Positions 30,972 to 39,565 of a stretch of 52,238 nucleotides of DNA are shown here, one piece after another. The stretch comes from Deltaproteobacteria bacterium. GTDB lineage: Bacteria; Myxococcota_A; UBA9160; SMWR01. The position numbers and the translations under genes were made by a program. Under the pieces are notes generated by a model, which was given only the letters and a program-made list of their open reading frames with translations, made no database searches and was not told the origin of the DNA. Within the stretch, counting starts at the first letter, position 1. Every line of letters begins with the position of its first letter. The stretch covers positions 1-52,238 of the forward strand of contig JAQBHB010000076.1 of NCBI GenBank assembly GCA_032128115.1, in the 5' to 3' direction.

Positions 30972-32075
30972 GTGAAATTCGGACTGTTCTACGAGATCCC
31001 CGTCCCCCGGCCCTGGAAGCGCGACAGCGAGCTGCAAGCCTACAAGAACACCCTGGAGCAGGCGGTGCTGGGCGACAGGGTGGGCTTCCACGCCTTCTGG
31101 ACGGTGGAGCACCACTTCCTCGAGGAGTTCTCCCACTGCTCGAATCCGGAGGTGCTCTACGGCGCCGTGGCGGCGAAGACCGAGAACCTGCGCATCGGGT
31201 ACGGCGTGCGCCTGGCTCCCAAGCCCTACAACCACCCGGTGCGCTCGGCTGAATCGGCCGCCGTGCTCGACCTGATCTCGGGCGGGCGCGTGGACTTCGG
31301 CACTGGTCGTTCGTCCACCCGCCTGGAACTCGAGGGCTTCGGGATCCACCCGTCCGACACGCGCGAGATGTGGCAGGAGGCCATCGGGCACATCGTGGGT
31401 TGCTGGACAAATGACGAGTACGAGTTCGAGGGCAAGCACTGGTCGATGCCCAAGCGGCGTGTGGTGCCCAAGCCGATCCAGGACCCCCACCCCCCCGTCT
31501 TCGGCGCCACCGGGAGCGACTCCGGCCATCAACTCATGGGTGAGCTGGGAATCGGGCTGTGCTCCTTCGGGGTGGGCATGCCACCCGAGGACCTGAAGCG
31601 CCGCATCGACCTCTACCGCAAGGCCCTGACCGGGTGCCGCCAACCCCTGGGCAAGAGGATCAACGACCAGGCGGCCGCCTTCACCATGGTGAATTGCGCG
31701 CCCACGTCCCAGGAGTCGTACGACGCGGCCAAGGAGTCTTTCGTCTGGTACACGAAGACGGCGGCGACGCTGGTGAGTACGGTGGCCACCTGGCTCGAGG
31801 ACATGAACAGCGAGCTCGGAACCTACGAATATCTGAAGGGCGCGAAGCAGGCCGTGGACGAGGGACTCACCGACCTGGTGGACTTCGACTACCTGAACGG
31901 CTGCAAGGCCGTGATCGCCGGCGACCCGGACCAGGTGATCGAGGGCTGCAAGGCCTACGAGGCCGCGGGCGTCGATCTGCTGCTGTGCCTGATGAACCCC
32001 TACAAGGTGTCCCACGAGAAGGTCATGCAGACCATCGAGCTGATGGGCAAGCACGTCATTCCGGAATTCAGCTGA
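30972..32075 (+). CDS. Luciferase-like (LLM) flavin-dependent oxidoreductase
   Basis: KFGLFYE, WTVEHHFLEEFSH, LDLISGGRVDFGTGRS, PKPIQDPHPP; GTG 30972 after GGAG. Confidence 0.92.
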   Translation: MKFGLFYEIPVPRPWKRDSELQAYKNTLEQAVLGDRVGFHAFWTVEHHFLEEFSHCSNPEVLYGAVAAKTENLRIGYGVRLAPKPYNHPVRSAESAAVLDLISGGRVDFGTGRSSTRLELEGFGIHPSDTREMWQEAIGHIVGCWTNDEYEFEGKHWSMPKRRVVPKPIQDPHPPVFGATGSDSGHQLMGELGIGLCSFGVGMPPEDLKRRIDLYRKALTGCRQPLGKRINDQAAAFTMVNCAPTSQESYDAAKESFVWYTKTAATLVSTVATWLEDMNSELGTYEYLKGAKQAVDEGLTDLVDFDYLNGCKAVIAGDPDQVIEGCKAYEAAGVDLLLCLMNPYKVSHEKVMQTIELMGKHVIPEFS

Positions 32076-32910
32076 GATCGCGCCACAGGCTGCGCGCGGT
32101 GAGGCCGAGACACCAGTCGCGATCCCCGTCGGAGAGGCGCGAAAAGGCATCGCGGCCGAGCCTCACCAGCTGCCCGTAGCTGCGGTCGTGGGTCTGGCAG
32201 AAGTCGGACCCCCACATCAGACGCCGCGCGCCGAAACGCTCCACCAGGGCCGCGACGAAATCGCCGCCCACCCCGGCGCGTGCGGCGGCATCCAGCACGT
32301 GGGTCGAAACCTTGAGATACAGGTTGGAATGCTCCGCAAGCGCGAACAGCGGCACGCCCTCGGGCCGGGCCATGCCCGCGGGATCCGGGAAACCGCAGTG
32401 GTCCAGGGAGACCCGGATCTCCGGAAAGCGCTCGAGCACACTGCGAAGCTGCGGAAGCTGGTGGGCCAGGATCGTGACGATCACGTGGGCGTCGAGTTCC
32501 GCCGCGCGCTCCCAGAGCGGGAACGTCCGGGAGTCTTCGAGCCACGACTCCCCGGTCGACAGGGCGAACAGGCGCACCCCGCGCATGCCCCGCTCGCAGA
32601 CCCAGTGGCCGAGAGCGGCCACCGGATCCTCGCCGTCCACATCCACACAGCAGGCGCTGGTGAAACGCCCGGGGTGCCGGGCCGCACTGTCGGCCGTGTA
32701 CCGATTGTCGTAGGAGTAGGCGCCCAGGGGTTGCACCAGGATGGCCCGGGCCACGCCTGCGGCATCCATCAGTTCGATCAGATCCTCCGCCGAGGCGGGC
32801 GCCTCGCGGTACCACTCTCCCGACAGGGGGCGCGGGCTCAGGGGATAGGCGGCCTCGTCGTGGGACACCACGTGCACGTGGCTGTCGACGATGAAGGGCG
32901 CGATCTCCAC
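32068..32910 (-). CDS. Amidohydrolase_2-family protein (lactonase/hydratase-like)
   Basis: DSHVH, RGVRL, LDHCG, LKVS, WGSDF. Confidence 0.88.
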   Translation of the reverse strand: MEIAPFIVDSHVHVVSHDEAAYPLSPRPLSGEWYREAPASAEDLIELMDAAGVARAILVQPLGAYSYDNRYTADSAARHPGRFTSACCVDVDGEDPVAALGHWVCERGMRGVRLFALSTGESWLEDSRTFPLWERAAELDAHVIVTILAHQLPQLRSVLERFPEIRVSLDHCGFPDPAGMARPEGVPLFALAEHSNLYLKVSTHVLDAAARAGVGGDFVAALVERFGARRLMWGSDFCQTHDRSYGQLVRLGRDAFSRLSDGDRDWCLGLTARSLWRDLS

Positions 32911-32932
32911 GGGCGCGGCGACGCGCCTCCCG

Positions 32933-33403
32933 TCAGGAGGTGCGCGTGTCCTCGAGCCACTCGGGCAGATCGATGGGCGGATTGGGGAGCTTCACGGCGC
33001 CCCGTTCGGCCAGGAGCTTCTCGAAGCCCTCCGGATCCGCCGGCCACGAGCGGGGATCCCCCATCATCACCTCGAACAGCACCACGCCCTCGGGCCCGGC
33101 GATGAACGGACCGAAGGCCGCACCGTGCTCCAGGGTGATGTGCATGCCGGCCGTGCACTTCACGTCGCCGCACATCATCTCGCCCTCGATTACGAAGATC
33201 ACGTGATCGCTGTTGTGGCCGTGCTTGTGCACCATCATGCCCGGGTCCCATTTTGCATAGAGACACAGGAAGTTCGGCGTGAATTCGAGCCACTTCTCCC
33301 ACACCGAGACCCGCCGGTCTCCGTGCTGCTGGGCTCTCACCTCCTGCCACTTCTCCTCGTCGGCGTGTCGGAATCGGACTTCGGGCATGGGTTCCTCCTG
33401 CAT
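32933..33403 (-). CDS. Cupin-domain protein
   Basis: HKHGHNSDH...IEGEM...FGPF; start 33403 or 33388. Confidence 0.75.
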   Translation of the reverse strand: MQEEPMPEVRFRHADEEKWQEVRAQQHGDRRVSVWEKWLEFTPNFLCLYAKWDPGMMVHKHGHNSDHVIFVIEGEMMCGDVKCTAGMHITLEHGAAFGPFIAGPEGVVLFEVMMGDPRSWPADPEGFEKLLAERGAVKLPNPPIDLPEWLEDTRTS

Positions 33404-33428
33404 CAGGATCCTCGGCGGGCCCCCGTTC

Positions 33429-34358
33429 TCATCGACGAGCCCCCAGAGGTGCGATCACTTCTTCCCCGAAGCGGGCCACGATCTGCTCGTACTCCGTCCG
33501 GTCCCGGAATGGAAGCCCCAGGCTGAGCCAGGTCACGCCGATGGCTTCCAATCGCTCCACCTGCTCGCAGAAGTCATCCGCGACCAGGGGCTCCCGGGTA
33601 TTCATTCCGAACCCGAAGGGCACGAAGTTCACGTCCAGGGGCTCGGCGCGGCCCGCGGCCGCTGCCAGATCGCGCAGGATCGAGATCTTGGCGGCCAGGT
33701 CTGCGATCGATTCGATGGCATCCGTGCGCGTGCGTCCGCTGTAGCGTGCCGGGATCGGAAACGGGCTCCAGCCCTGGGCGTGATCCACGGCCCTGCGCAT
33801 GGCGCGTCGACTGTTGCCCCCCACCCAGACGGGGGGATGTGGCTTCTGAACCGGCAGCGGCAGCATGCGGTTGCCGGCGGCCCGGAATCCCCGGCCCTCG
33901 AAGTCCACCGACTCTCCCGTCCACGCCCGCTTCATGGCCGCCAGCGCCTCATCCGTCACCGCGTTGCGGTGGGCGAAGTCGGCGCCCAGGGCCTCGTATT
34001 CGTCCTCGAGATAGCCAGCGGCCACTCCCGCGATCGCGCGCCCCTCGGACAGGACATCGAGACTGGCAATCGCCTTCGCCGTGAGAAACGGATTCCGATA
34101 GGCGAGCACTAGGATGTTCGTGTGCAGGCGCAGACGCTCGGTGGCCACCGCTACCGCCGACAGGGTCACGAAAGGATCCAGGGCGTGGTGTCCCCCGGTT
34201 GCGAGCCACGCGTCCGAGGGAAACGGATGCTCGGTGACGTAGCAGGCATCGAAGCCCGCGCGTTCCACGGCTCCCGCCATGGCCACCACCGCGCCGCGGC
34301 TCGTGAATTCGGAGCCGCGTTCGACGCGATCCGTGGGAAGCTGCACGGAGAAGCGCAC
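33429..34358 (-). CDS. LLM-class, probably F420-dependent, oxidoreductase
   Basis: VTEHPFP, HHALDPF, YRNPFLTAK, LDVLSEGR, PVQKPHPPVWVGGNS; GTG 34358. Confidence 0.88.
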   Translation of the reverse strand: MRFSVQLPTDRVERGSEFTSRGAVVAMAGAVERAGFDACYVTEHPFPSDAWLATGGHHALDPFVTLSAVAVATERLRLHTNILVLAYRNPFLTAKAIASLDVLSEGRAIAGVAAGYLEDEYEALGADFAHRNAVTDEALAAMKRAWTGESVDFEGRGFRAAGNRMLPLPVQKPHPPVWVGGNSRRAMRRAVDHAQGWSPFPIPARYSGRTRTDAIESIADLAAKISILRDLAAAAGRAEPLDVNFVPFGFGMNTREPLVADDFCEQVERLEAIGVTWLSLGLPFRDRTEYEQIVARFGEEVIAPLGARR

Positions 34359-34366
34359 GGCGATGC

Positions 34367-35473
34367 TCAGTCCGGAACCGACAGCCCGTAGAGCTTCGCC
34401 GCGTTGTTTGCGAACAGGAAGCCCTTCACGGCCTCTGTCAGGTCCGTCCGCTCCTCCAACATCCGAACCGAATCCGGAAACGAACAGTCCCAATGGCAGT
34501 AGTCCGAGGAGTAACAGATCACGTCCGGACTCACCGCATCGAAGACATAGGGGACCATCTTCTCCTCGGGCTCCGTGGTCACGAAACAGCGACCGAGGAA
34601 ATACTCGGAGGGCGGGCGATCGATTTCGGGCGCCTGCTCGGGCATCAGCTCGTAGTGCTCGTCGAGGCGCTCCAGCCAGAACGGCAACCACCCCACGCCA
34701 GCCTCCAGGAATCCCACACGCAGCCTCGGAAAGCGGTGCAGGATGCCGCCCACGGTGAAGTGGAAGACGGCCTGCATGGCGCCCAGCGGGTGGGTCATGG
34801 CGTGGATGCCCAGGCGCGAGTCGAAGCGATCGATCAGCAACGGGGTCTGCCCGGGGGCCTGTCCACCACCGTGGGTGCAGACCGCCACGTCCAGGCGCTG
34901 GGCCGTTTCCCAGATCACGTCGAAGCTGGGATCGTCCAGGTTCTTGTTGCGGATGTGGGTGGCCGTGACCATGCCCACGAAGCCGTGCTTCACCACACAG
35001 CGCTCCAGCTCCTCGGCGGCGCGCTTCGGCTCGATCATGGGAAGCTTGGCCACCAGCTTCAGGCGATCCGGGGCGAAGCTCGCGTACTCGGCGCGGGCGT
35101 CGTTGAGGGTCTGGCACAGGGCCACGGCGAATCCCGTGTCGTTCATGGCCCATTCCTCGCCGGAGCCGGGCGGGAACAGCACCGCGGCGTCGATGCCCTC
35201 CAGGTCCATGTCCTCCAGGCGCAACGCCGGGTCGTACATCCCCGGACGCATGGGGGTGTCGAACTCCAGCTCGTCTTCGGGAAATTCCGTCCGCTGGGAA
35301 TTTTCGTCGCTGATCTGCATGCCGCCGCCGGGAAGGCCCTTGTACTGGCTCTTCATCTTTGCGATGTATTCGCGCATCGTCGGCAGGAATTTCTGGGGTA
35401 TCCGACGGCGCCAGCCGGCGGGCTCGCCGCCGTGTCCGTCGGCGTCGATCACGTAGTGTCCGAAGCGACCCAT
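34367..35473 (-). CDS. Amidohydrolase_2-family protein (decarboxylase/hydratase-like)
   Basis: IDADGH, DMDLEGID, GGILHRFPRLRVGFLEAG, SSDYCHWD. Confidence 0.9.
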   Translation of the reverse strand: MGRFGHYVIDADGHGGEPAGWRRRIPQKFLPTMREYIAKMKSQYKGLPGGGMQISDENSQRTEFPEDELEFDTPMRPGMYDPALRLEDMDLEGIDAAVLFPPGSGEEWAMNDTGFAVALCQTLNDARAEYASFAPDRLKLVAKLPMIEPKRAAEELERCVVKHGFVGMVTATHIRNKNLDDPSFDVIWETAQRLDVAVCTHGGGQAPGQTPLLIDRFDSRLGIHAMTHPLGAMQAVFHFTVGGILHRFPRLRVGFLEAGVGWLPFWLERLDEHYELMPEQAPEIDRPPSEYFLGRCFVTTEPEEKMVPYVFDAVSPDVICYSSDYCHWDCSFPDSVRMLEERTDLTEAVKGFLFANNAAKLYGLSVPD

Positions 35474-35498
35474 GGTCCTGTCTCCCCTCGCTGCGGCG

Positions 35499-36029
35499 CT
35501 AGCCGCCGCAGAAATCCGCCATCACGGCATCCACCACCGCGTCAGCGCGCTCATCCAGGGCGCGTTCCGGGATGCCCCCGATGGGGTGGGCAACCACCTG
35601 GATCCGCGCCGATGCGAGCCCCTGGGACTCCGCCGCCTCGCGCGCCAGCGCTGCGAACTCGTCGGTCGCCAACACCACCGTCGGCACTCCCGCCGCCTCC
35701 AGCCGAACCGTGTCGTGGAGACTCCACGACGTGCACGAGCCTCAATCCGCGGTGCCGGTCAAAACCAGGTCAGCCCGGTCGACAATCTCCGCCAGCAGCT
35801 CGTCTTCACAGGGTGTCGCCGCGCTGCCCTTGCGACGCACACCCTCGAACGACAGGCCCACCCGCTCCGCGAGCCGCTCGCCGACGCGGCCCAGCAATCG
35901 CTCGGCGCCGGGCTTGCCATTGTCGAGCGCCACCAGACGCAAACCCGCCAGCACATCGGGCGACGCCGCCCGGTGCACGGCCGCGCTCCCCACGCTCCCC
36001 TCAGGCGAATGAATCCGGATCCCGGTCAT
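35499..36029 (-). CDS. UGSC-family selenoprotein (Sec encoded by TGA at 35744-35742), 176 aa
   Basis: ORFs 35742..36029 and 35499..35687 are in the same frame, separated by one TGA. Read-through gives LDNGKP...GTAD-U-GSCTSWSLHDTVRLEAAGVPTV...HPIG. A hairpin starts 11 nt after the UGA. Confidence 0.88.
35712..35730 (-). promoter_or_regulatory. Candidate bacterial SECIS element
   Basis: mRNA reads UGA-GGCUCGUGCAC-GUCGUGGA-GUC-UCCACGAC: perfect 8-bp stem, G-containing apical loop, 11 nt from the UGA. Confidence 0.7.
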
Positions 36030-36054
36030 GGTCTCTCCTCCGTCGGACTTTGCG

Positions 36055-37164
36055 TCACGGCTCCAATGGGAGCGTCACGCTGCGGGTCATGCCCCAACTG
36101 GGAATGATGCACGAGTGCTTCCCCGCCCCACCGGCCACGAGCACCCGGATGTGATCCGGGTGCCCAGTGACAGGCATGAGATCGTCGTCGCCCAGCGCGT
36201 GCAGCCACGGCCGCCATTGGGTCACCTGGAAGGCGCCGCGCAGGACCCGGGCCGGCAGGCGGGCCCGCTCGAACAGGAAGCTCTGCACGTCGCGACGGGT
36301 CCAGCCCGCCGCCGCGATCGTGGCCGCGTGTTCCGGGCCCAGGATCGCGAAGAATTCCGCCGAAGAAACCGGCGCGTTGTTTGAGCCCAGGGTGGACATC
36401 ACGCTGGCGCCCTTCTCCAGGATCCCCGCCGGGTACTCACTCTCCATGTCGTGGAAGTTGTGCGGATTCTCCCCGCAGGTCACGGTGACGGCGCTGGCCG
36501 CGTCGACCCCGACGCTGCGCGGGTAGCTCTCCCACGGCGACGCCGCTGTGTTCTCGGCGATGCAGTAGCTGTATTTGGACGGTTGGCCCTGTGTGGAAGC
36601 ATCGCCGCTGCCCGCCCGCGCGCCGGCGATGTGCATCAACACGAATCGGACGGCGCGCCCGACTGTGGCGTTGGCCCGATGTCCGGGGCCGAACGTGCCG
36701 AGGCCCGAATTGAAGCCCAGGTTCGTAACCGCCGCGCCGTGCACGATCACCAGGGGCGCCACGGGATGCGTGGTGGCGTTGACGCCGCGCAGATTGATTT
36801 CCGGCCGCGCCAGCGCCCGCACCGCCGTCACCACCACCGGCAGCAGGCCCGGCTGGCAGCCGGCCAGCACCGCATTCACCGCGATGCGATGCCGGGTGGC
36901 CTCCCCCAGGCGCGGCGGCAGGCTGGCCACGATCGCGTCGGGCGACGCGTCCCCCGTGCCGGTGGTCAGCATCCGCTCCACCCGTTCTTCGGTGGGCGGC
37001 ACCAGCGGCAATCCGTCACCCCAGCCTCGCGACTCGAACAGCTCCATCAGCTCCTCGGGCGTCCCCTTGGCGAGCTCGAGTTCGGGGGAGCGCTCTTCGC
37101 CGCTACGGCGCGCGATCGGAGCCGCGCCCGGGGCGTTGCAGTCGCTGGCGTTCGGGTCCTTCAC
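36055..37164 (-). CDS. Conserved hypothetical protein of the type found beside UGSC selenoproteins
   Basis: GWGDGLPLVPPTEERV, NAVLAGC, RANATVGRA, STQGQPSKYSYCIAEN, VAGGAGKHS; GTG overlaps the upstream stop (GTGA). Confidence 0.8.
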   Translation of the reverse strand: MKDPNASDCNAPGAAPIARRSGEERSPELELAKGTPEELMELFESRGWGDGLPLVPPTEERVERMLTTGTGDASPDAIVASLPPRLGEATRHRIAVNAVLAGCQPGLLPVVVTAVRALARPEINLRGVNATTHPVAPLVIVHGAAVTNLGFNSGLGTFGPGHRANATVGRAVRFVLMHIAGARAGSGDASTQGQPSKYSYCIAENTAASPWESYPRSVGVDAASAVTVTCGENPHNFHDMESEYPAGILEKGASVMSTLGSNNAPVSSAEFFAILGPEHAATIAAAGWTRRDVQSFLFERARLPARVLRGAFQVTQWRPWLHALGDDDLMPVTGHPDHIRVLVAGGAGKHSCIIPSWGMTRSVTLPLEP

Positions 37165-38927
37165 GCGTTCTGTTCCCTGGCCGCGGCCCTTGTCGGGGTC
37201 GTTCCCAGCGGCCGCAGCCACTCGCCCGGAAGCGCCTGGGTGAGCTTGCCGTCCAGCACGATGGGCTCGCCGTTCACCACCGTGGCGTGCACCCCGCGCG
37301 GCCGCGCCGAGAAGCGCGCCTCGCCACCGGGCAGGTCGTGCACCAGCCGTTTGGTCCCGGGACCGATGGTCTCCGGGTCGAAGATCATCAGGTCGGCGGC
37401 GTAGCCGGGCAGCAGGGCGCCGCGCCCGCCGAAACCCGCCAGTGCCGCCGGAACCTGGGTCAGTTGCCGGATGCCCTCTTCCAGGGTCCAGACCTGACGG
37501 TCCAGCACCCAGAAGCGCAGGAAGTAGCTCGACCAGTCGGCGCCATCGTCCCGATCCAGATGGGCGCCGCCGTCGGAGACCCCCATCAGCATGGAGGGGT
37601 GCTTCATGCTCTCGCGCACCGACTCCTCCCAGACGGAGGTCTTGTTCTCCCAGCGGAACTTCACGGCCAGATCTTCCGAGAGCGCCAGGTCGAGCATGGC
37701 GTCGGCTGGTGCCACTCCCTGCTCGCCTGCGATCTCGGCAATGCTGCGGCGCAGGTATTTCTGGTCGCGCGGGTCGCTCACCTCGTCCACGAAGGTGACG
37801 TCCCAATGCGGGGGCGGGAGCGTCGAGCCCGCATCCGGATCGCGGTTGGGGTGCTCCACGCCCGTGCGCATGAGGGCGCGCTGCTCCGGGTCGCGAAGCA
37901 TCGCGATCCTCTCGGCGTGGGGCAGGTTCATGAGCGCGTGCCACGACGGCACCCCGGCGTAGAGTGGGCAAGCCGCATCCAGGTCGATGGGGCGATCGAA
38001 GGGGTGATTGCGCAGAAGCGAGAAGATGGCCGCACCGCGTCGGCCGGCCTCGTCGAGGAATTCCCGGGCGTGATCCCAGCCGGCGCCGGGTGCGTCCACC
38101 TTGTCTCGCCCGCCCAGGCCCTGGATCACGATGGGAAGCCGCGAGAGTTGCCCCAGCCGGATCAGCAGCTCTTCGTCTTCGGTGTTGAGTCCGCCGATCA
38201 CACTCGTTGGCAGGTAGGAGATGCTGCCGCCGCCGGCAAGACCCGCCTCCTCCACCAACGCCTCCAGCTCTTCGATCGCCGCGAAGCGGCTCGCCACCGG
38301 ACGATCGTCGCCGTCCACCTGGGTGGGAACGCTCGACGACGAGAATCCCGCAGCGCCGGCCGCCATGGCTTCGCGCACCCACTTCCGCATCTGCTGGATC
38401 TCATCCGCGCGGGCGTGACGCTCCGAGGCGTCGGCGCCCATGACGTAGCGACGCAGGCTCGAGTGGCCGATATAGCAGGCCAGGTTCACACCCAGGCGCC
38501 CGCTGCGGGCGGCCAGATACTCGGGGAAGCTCTCGAAGTCCCAGACCACGCCGTCCAGCGCCACCGGCGCCATGCCTTCCACCTTCGCGAACATGGCCTT
38601 GATGTAGGTCCGATCCGCGGATCGCGTGGGCGCGACGGAAAAGCCGCAGTTTCCCGCGAGCACGCTGGTGACACCGTGGTAGCACGACGACGTGGCATAG
38701 GCGTCGAACGTGAGCTGCGGATCGTAGTGGGTGTGCAGGTCGATGATTCCCGGGGCCACGATCTGGCCGTCCGCATCGATCACCCGGGCCGCGCCCTTCG
38801 CGCCGGAGACGTGACCCACTGCCGCGATGCGCCCCGCCTGCACCGCAACGTCGGCGCGGCGGCGCGACAGACCGGTTCCATCCACGACCGTGCCGCCGCG
38901 AATCACCAGGTCGTAGCTCATGCCCAT
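37161..38927 (-). CDS. N-acyl-D-amino-acid deacylase-family amidohydrolase
   Basis: DLVIRGGTVVDGTG, PGIIDLHTHYD, GNCGFS, SDGGAH, ADLMIFDP, TVVNG. Confidence 0.92.
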   Translation of the reverse strand: MGMSYDLVIRGGTVVDGTGLSRRRADVAVQAGRIAAVGHVSGAKGAARVIDADGQIVAPGIIDLHTHYDPQLTFDAYATSSCYHGVTSVLAGNCGFSVAPTRSADRTYIKAMFAKVEGMAPVALDGVVWDFESFPEYLAARSGRLGVNLACYIGHSSLRRYVMGADASERHARADEIQQMRKWVREAMAAGAAGFSSSSVPTQVDGDDRPVASRFAAIEELEALVEEAGLAGGGSISYLPTSVIGGLNTEDEELLIRLGQLSRLPIVIQGLGGRDKVDAPGAGWDHAREFLDEAGRRGAAIFSLLRNHPFDRPIDLDAACPLYAGVPSWHALMNLPHAERIAMLRDPEQRALMRTGVEHPNRDPDAGSTLPPPHWDVTFVDEVSDPRDQKYLRRSIAEIAGEQGVAPADAMLDLALSEDLAVKFRWENKTSVWEESVRESMKHPSMLMGVSDGGAHLDRDDGADWSSYFLRFWVLDRQVWTLEEGIRQLTQVPAALAGFGGRGALLPGYAADLMIFDPETIGPGTKRLVHDLPGGEARFSARPRGVHATVVNGEPIVLDGKLTQALPGEWLRPLGTTPTRAAAREQNA

Positions 38928-38933
38928 CCTCCC

Positions 38934-39455
38934 CTAGGAGTAGAAGTGCCGCTCGAACGCATCGAGAAGCACGCGCAGCGACCGATCGACTTCCCGCAAT
39001 GCGGCGGCGGGCACCGGATCCAGGACGTCCTGGGTGGCGGAAAGAAATGCATGGAAGACGCGATCCTGGACATCCCGCCCGGCGCGGGTGAGCGACACGT
39101 GTGAGCCGCGGCCGTCGTCCGGATTCGGCGCGCGGCGCACGAGTCCGCCCTCTTCCAGGCGCTTCAGGATCTTGGTCATCCCGCCCGACGAGCGCTCCAG
39201 GCGGCTGTAGAGATGGCTGGGCGTCAACTCGTAGGGGGGACCGGCCCGGCGCAGGATCGCCAGCACGCTGTAGTCGCTGGGCGTGAGGTCGAAGGGCTCG
39301 AGCACTTCGTGTTGGAAGGACTCGATCAACAGCCCCAGGCGCGCCAGCCGAACCAGGGGCGCCAGCGTCGAGACGTCCATGCCCGCGTACTCGCGGTGCC
39401 AGGCCGCGGACAAATCGTCGATCCAGTCGCTCGTCGGCGTGGACTGGGAAGCCAA
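38934..39455 (-). CDS. MarR-family transcriptional regulator
   Basis: YSVLAILRRAGPPYELTPS, SGGMTKILKRLE, DGRG..VSLT; TTG 39455 preceded by GGAG. Confidence 0.9.
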   Translation of the reverse strand: MASQSTPTSDWIDDLSAAWHREYAGMDVSTLAPLVRLARLGLLIESFQHEVLEPFDLTPSDYSVLAILRRAGPPYELTPSHLYSRLERSSGGMTKILKRLEEGGLVRRAPNPDDGRGSHVSLTRAGRDVQDRVFHAFLSATQDVLDPVPAAALREVDRSLRVLLDAFERHFYS

Positions 39456-39518
39456 GCGTTCGTCTCCCGTTGCATTTCCCTTGCGATCTCTACCGGCCGG
39501 GTGCGAGTCTATAGGAAC

Positions 39519-39537
39519 AGAAAGCTTTCTCGAAAGC
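39519..39537. promoter_or_regulatory. Candidate MarR operator: overlapping palindromes AGAAAGCTTTCT and GCTTTC-TC-GAAAGC
   Basis: AT-rich dyads in the 110-bp gap between the divergent marR and MFS genes. Confidence 0.55.
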
Positions 39538-39565
39538 AAAATCTTTTCCACCCGACGGAGACCTC

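Noticed and set aside
35742..35744. TGA as a nonsense mutation (pseudogene) or sequencing error
   Set aside because: It falls exactly at the U of a UxxC motif and is followed by a correctly spaced hairpin; Sec is the better explanation, pending selABCD.
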